From a virus (lineage: Duplodnaviria > Caudoviricetes), in IMG/VR virus record IMGVR_UViG_3300020718_000023, positions 1-40,360 of that record: a stretch of DNA of 40,360 bases, one strand, 5' to 3'. Position 1 is the first letter of the stretch, and the number at the start of each line of letters is the position of its first letter. The position numbers and the translations under genes are program-made. Below the pieces are notes generated by a model, which ran no database searches, had not been told where the DNA came from, and saw nothing but the letters and a program-made list of their open reading frames with translations. Shown here one piece after another: positions 36,095 to 40,360 of the stretch.

Positions 36095-37666
36095 ATGATG
36101 AATAACGTACAAAAAATCATTTACCTTTTGACAAAAGGCGGTCAAGGTTCTGGCTCTCCGGGTGGTCACACATTTCGTGGCAACCAATGGACAAAATATG
36201 ACGCTGAGGGAAACCCAATACCCGGAGTTAAGAATAGAAGCAACAAAACATCTGAGCCCAAAACACCACGTGCACCAAAAGTAGATGAAAAGTTGCAGCG
36301 TGCGCAAGAGTGCGCACAAAAAGTCGCTGACCGCATTCGCATACCTGCGGCAAGACAGGCTACCTTTACAAAAAACTTTACAAAGTTACTTACTAGCCCT
36401 GAAGAATTCCGTACCGCCCGTGCTGCATCTGGAGAATTAAACTCAACTGACAAATCTGGCGCTGCAATTCTTAGCATGATTGAAAAAACGGGAAAACCAA
36501 ATGTCCTTAGCAATGATGAGTTTAATAAAATAAACAGCACAACATACTTTTCTGGTCTTGCCTCTAGAAACTCAACACAAACCCTTGATGAAAAAATGGC
36601 AACTTTAGCCTATGGAGAAACACCTCGTTACGGCGGTGGTTTGTGGGGGGCCGCTTTTTATGCAAGCCCAAATATAGAAACCCCATCGCAGTATGCTGCT
36701 AGGGGCTCTGACGGTGGAATATTTAGATTTAAGATGAGCGACCCAACAAACATTTATAATTCAAAAAATGGCGAAGGAATTGTTGCGCTTTCTGTTTTGT
36801 CTGCAGAGCACGGAAGCGATGGAACAACAATGGGCGGCATGGAAAATCCTCGCTACAACATTGGCGCCGTCATGTTGGAAAACGGCTATGACTCTGGCGA
36901 AGTTAAGCGTATATCAAACGCATTATTTGACACAAACGATACAATGAGCGCAACCACAGCACTTGCTGGTTATGACGCTATGTTTGCAAAAAGTGATAAC
37001 TATTTGATGGCATTTAATCGTGGTGCAATGATAATGCCAAACGTTTATTCATATTCAGACAGAAGTTCTCGTTTGAATTCTGACTATAATTATGTTTCTG
37101 CAACAGGAACAACTCAGGCGGGAATTGACGCTGGAGTAATTGACAAAGTAATTCCTCAAGAAAAAGCATTATCAGCAACTAAAAAATCTGCTTTTAAAAC
37201 TATTTTGTTTTTTACTGTAAATGACACATCAACCGATAACCCCTCTGGAGAACTAACTATCAACAAGGGTGCAATCACCACAGAAGATGGTTGCGCAAAA
37301 GTTTTTGTAGAACAGTACGCAAAGAAGGGCATGAGTCCTCAACAAGTATTTGACCTACTTTCAGATGACTGGTCAAACGGTCACTTTTACACACTTCCCA
37401 AAGATGATGATGTTTTGGAAAAAGGTGACGTTCCGGGACACGCTTTTCATGGAAACCAATGGATTACTGATGCCGACTTAATCAGGTCAGAGCACGCAGT
37501 GAAAGATGGAAAGACTCACAGCGTTGTATTCCGTAAGCCAGATGGAAGCCTTGACTCAAAAGTCTTGAGCATCCCACCGCAATTTAAGCCAAAGAAATTT
37601 GCAAATGAGTACGCCGTTCGTAGAATGGGAAATTCCCGAGTCGCAAGTATTGAATCGGTCGAATAA
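36095..37666 (+). CDS. polyvalent protein with possible ADP-ribosyltransferase-like domain, two tags
   Basis: TYFSG...GGGLWGAAFYAS...QYA...GYDAM...MAFNR pattern; tags at 36134 and 37421. Confidence 0.65.
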   Translation: MMNNVQKIIYLLTKGGQGSGSPGGHTFRGNQWTKYDAEGNPIPGVKNRSNKTSEPKTPRAPKVDEKLQRAQECAQKVADRIRIPAARQATFTKNFTKLLTSPEEFRTARAASGELNSTDKSGAAILSMIEKTGKPNVLSNDEFNKINSTTYFSGLASRNSTQTLDEKMATLAYGETPRYGGGLWGAAFYASPNIETPSQYAARGSDGGIFRFKMSDPTNIYNSKNGEGIVALSVLSAEHGSDGTTMGGMENPRYNIGAVMLENGYDSGEVKRISNALFDTNDTMSATTALAGYDAMFAKSDNYLMAFNRGAMIMPNVYSYSDRSSRLNSDYNYVSATGTTQAGIDAGVIDKVIPQEKALSATKKSAFKTILFFTVNDTSTDNPSGELTINKGAITTEDGCAKVFVEQYAKKGMSPQQVFDLLSDDWSNGHFYTLPKDDDVLEKGDVPGHAFHGNQWITDADLIRSEHAVKDGKTHSVVFRKPDGSLDSKVLSIPPQFKPKKFANEYAVRRMGNSRVASIESVE

Positions 37667-37671
37667 CAGAT

Positions 37672-39135
37672 ATGGAATCCCGGGACGAAATAGTTTTGGA
37701 AAAGGGCGATGTTGCTGGTCACGCCTTTCACGGGAACCAACACACTGGGGGAATAGGCGGAACAGCATTAGCCGAGAAGCCACACCTTCAATACATCGCC
37801 GATAAAGCAAATGCTTTTTTTGGGGCGGGCGGAACCGTAACTAAATACAGTTTTGACAGCAAAAGTAAAAACGCTGACTTAAAAGACGAAATGATGTCTA
37901 TTAGGGACCAAGCCAATGCAATTGCAGAAAAGGTTGGAACAGAAGTAAAGGTTATGGGCCGTGGGGTTTCTACCACTCAACTCGTTGCACACAACGACGA
38001 AACATGGAGACGCCTTGCAGAAATAGGCGGCGCTTACGAACGTGCCGGAATTTACAGCAATGACCTTTTGGTCGCTAGAAACTCTGATGGTCAAATCGTA
38101 GGTGCAATGGACTTTAGGCCAAGTGGAAGCAATTACGAGATTGGCGTTGTCGGGGCCCTAGGAAGCGCTGAGGGCGCTGGAACAGCACTTGAGTACGAGG
38201 TTGCCAAGTTAGCGGCAAGTAACAATGCGGGCGTAATGAGCACTACTGAGTTCAACTCCGCTCCTTATCACCAAGCAATCGGTCGTCAGTTTGAGGGATA
38301 CAGCAGGTCTGCTGAGGGTAGCGATTGGCACCCAACCACAACCCCCGTTAACGGGGATAAATCATTCTGGACCGCAGACCAAGTAAAAGAAATTGCAGCA
38401 ATACCAGTATCGGGCCCTGCTTTGGTAGAAAAAGGAGACAAGGCCGGACACGAATTCCATGGCAATCAGCACACGGGCGGAATAGGCGGTTCTGGTAAAA
38501 ACTTTATTGGACTTAAAACAACAGAAATAGAAAAAGTAATCCGTACCAATCCATACCAAGGAAAAGGAAAGCAGAATAAGGGAATTTCTATTGTTCAATT
38601 AAAAGACGGTTCACACGCAGTGGTAAAAACTTGCCGTGATGAATTTGACGCAATGCAGGAAGTTCTTGCCGCAAAGGTGGGCAAAGTATTAGACTCACCT
38701 ATTCGTGACGCACAACTTGTTCCCGGTTCAAAGACAGAAGTAATGTCACCACTTGTGGAGGGGCAGACGGTTATTGAAAAGGGCGACGCCTACAAAGACA
38801 CACCAATAGACCCAAGGCTTACATTTTTTGATGATGTTATTGGAAATCAAGACAGGAATCCGGGCAACATAATTATTAGTCCAGATGGAAAACAACAAAT
38901 TGGTATTGACCACAGCACATCTTTTCCGATGTTCAATATGGACCATTTGACCCCTGACTTTACTGAAATGGGAAATCCAACAAAAGACCAAATTATGACT
39001 TGGACAAAAGGACTCGAAGCGCTAAAGCCCGATTTTCAATCAAATAATCTTGACTACAGCAACCAATTTGAATCAATGATAAGCAATTGGAAAACAGGGG
39101 CCGTTTCATACATGGCTGCGAATGGAATGCTCTAA
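37672..39135 (+). CDS. polyvalent protein: GNAT-like domain + HipA/PI3-PI4-kinase-like domain, two tags
   Basis: DGQIVGAM...GAGTAL...SAPYH..IG; VVK..QEVLAA...FDDVIGNQDRNPGN...IDH; tags at 37702 and 38431. Confidence 0.78.
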   Translation: MESRDEIVLEKGDVAGHAFHGNQHTGGIGGTALAEKPHLQYIADKANAFFGAGGTVTKYSFDSKSKNADLKDEMMSIRDQANAIAEKVGTEVKVMGRGVSTTQLVAHNDETWRRLAEIGGAYERAGIYSNDLLVARNSDGQIVGAMDFRPSGSNYEIGVVGALGSAEGAGTALEYEVAKLAASNNAGVMSTTEFNSAPYHQAIGRQFEGYSRSAEGSDWHPTTTPVNGDKSFWTADQVKEIAAIPVSGPALVEKGDKAGHEFHGNQHTGGIGGSGKNFIGLKTTEIEKVIRTNPYQGKGKQNKGISIVQLKDGSHAVVKTCRDEFDAMQEVLAAKVGKVLDSPIRDAQLVPGSKTEVMSPLVEGQTVIEKGDAYKDTPIDPRLTFFDDVIGNQDRNPGNIIISPDGKQQIGIDHSTSFPMFNMDHLTPDFTEMGNPTKDQIMTWTKGLEALKPDFQSNNLDYSNQFESMISNWKTGAVSYMAANGML

Positions 39136-40360
39136 TGTTCCAACCTAACTTTGTCACTTTCACCAACCTTGAAATAACGGAGCGCAACCCAATTAACGGG
39201 AACGCTTTTAAGGGCAACCAAAATGGTGGCTTTAACTTTGTTCGTTTCAGCGACGGCTCTGGCGGAATCGAAAAGCACATGGAAGACTGGACCGGTAACA
39301 AAACGGGAAGGCTTTACAAGGGGGAAGTGCTTGCCGCTCAGGAGTACCTAGCAGCCCGTGTAGGCGAAGTAATGAACGCACCAATCCGAGACTGCCTATT
39401 TACTGGTTCGGACGCCAAAAACGTAATTATGCCGTACATCGAAGGAAAGTCTGGGCTTGAAGATGACGATGAGTTTCTACCATCCAATGCTCAGGGCGTT
39501 GCCCTAAAACTATTTGACTTTATAACAGCCAATGCCGACCGCCGACCAAAGAATTGGATAAATACCCCGGACGGAAGAATTGTTGGAATCGACCACGCTC
39601 TTTGTAACTTCCGCCCCCGCCAAGCCAAGCCAGAATTGGTTACTGAGTTTTGGAACGCTGGCGTTACAGCAGATGCTCTCCTAATCTTGAGACCCAAATT
39701 GGAATCGCTACGTCCCAAGTTTTCTACCATCGGAATGGATGACAAGTTCATCATCATGATGCGCAATCTTGACGTTCTTCTTGAAGCACTAAGTGTGGTT
39801 GAAGTAACTGTAGAAAACGTTCTTCATTTATCAAAAAGCGAAAACGCATTTACACCACCAGCCGGAGTGCAACAAGCAGCAAAAAGAGCACTTGAGTGGA
39901 TGGCAGATGGAAAAGCCGGTGGTGGATTTACTTCAGTTGGTAGAAAGCGTGCATCAGACCTAGCCCGTGGAGCCCACGTATCTGAAGTAACAATCCGTCG
40001 CATGAAGGCGTATTTTGACCGCCACCAACCAGACAAAAATTCACCACACTGGAATGAACCAAGTCCCGGAAAAGTTGCATGGTACGCATGGGGCGGAGAT
40101 GCTGGTTATTCATGGGCAAAGAAAGTTGTTGCTCATTTGAACAGAGAAGATGAAATTAAAAAGGGAGACGTTGCAGGACACCCTTTTCATGGAAATCAAT
40201 ACGAAAATGGTGAGAGTGGCAAAGCCTTTGCAAGGTCAAAAGATTTTATTTTAAATAATGTTTTTACAACCCGCTCTATAGAGGGTTCGGAGTGGTCTAA
40301 CTACACCATTAATTCAGAAGAAAAAGAAAACTACACGGAAAACCTTTCCAAAATAATCAG
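39135..40360 (+). CDS. partial polyvalent protein (runs off the window, not in ORF track): HipA-like kinase + head-associated helical domain + tag
   Basis: TAATG coupling; QEYLAARVG...LFDFITANADRRPKN...GIDH; PPAGVQQAAKRAL...RMKAYFDRH...AWYAWGG; KKGDVAGHPFHGNQY at 40161. Confidence 0.8.
   Translation, partial: MFQPNFVTFTNLEITERNPINGNAFKGNQNGGFNFVRFSDGSGGIEKHMEDWTGNKTGRLYKGEVLAAQEYLAARVGEVMNAPIRDCLFTGSDAKNVIMPYIEGKSGLEDDDEFLPSNAQGVALKLFDFITANADRRPKNWINTPDGRIVGIDHALCNFRPRQAKPELVTEFWNAGVTADALLILRPKLESLRPKFSTIGMDDKFIIMMRNLDVLLEALSVVEVTVENVLHLSKSENAFTPPAGVQQAAKRALEWMADGKAGGGFTSVGRKRASDLARGAHVSEVTIRRMKAYFDRHQPDKNSPHWNEPSPGKVAWYAWGGDAGYSWAKKVVAHLNREDEIKKGDVAGHPFHGNQYENGESGKAFARSKDFILNNVFTTRSIEGSEWSNYTINSEEKENYTENLSKII

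Noticed and set aside
28631-40202. Tag repeats as a CRISPR array or DNA repeat/DGR element
   Set aside because: Spacing is irregular (hundreds to thousands of bp), all copies are in frame with synonymous variation, and no cas or reverse transcriptase is seen
1-40360. Prophage boundary, integrase or host chromosomal segment
   Set aside because: No integrase, att pair or housekeeping operon is seen; host-like genes (orn, dps, ssb, P450) sit within phage-style operons

Overview
The window is a fragment of a tailed dsDNA phage genome, almost certainly infecting an actinobacterium (two WhiB genes, actinobacterial-type SSB, GH25 endolysin). From left to right it holds: small terminase and a large terminase split into separate ATPase and nuclease ORFs (1-3.8 kb); a minus-strand amidoligase + class II glutamine amidotransferase operon (3.8-7.1 kb); a repeat-rich non-coding island (7.7-8.4 kb); an accessory/early region (cytochrome P450, Cys/His-repeat protein, tRNA-Gln, macrodomain, DNA methylase, oligoribonuclease, gamma-glutamylcyclotransferase, WhiB); a lysis module; SSB; a second WhiB; portal; and an XkdF-type prohead protease. 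The most striking part is 28.5-40.4 kb. Seven ORFs there carry 13 clear copies of one peptide tag, K-G-D-x-x-G-H-x-F-[HR]-G-N-Q-[WYFH]. Each copy sits in front of a different cargo domain (RelA/SpoT-like nucleotidyltransferase, ART-like, GNAT-like, HipA/PI3K-like kinase, unknowns). My inference is a protease-processed, capsid-loaded or ejected polyprotein effector system. All family calls come from motif recognition by eye; no database searches were run.
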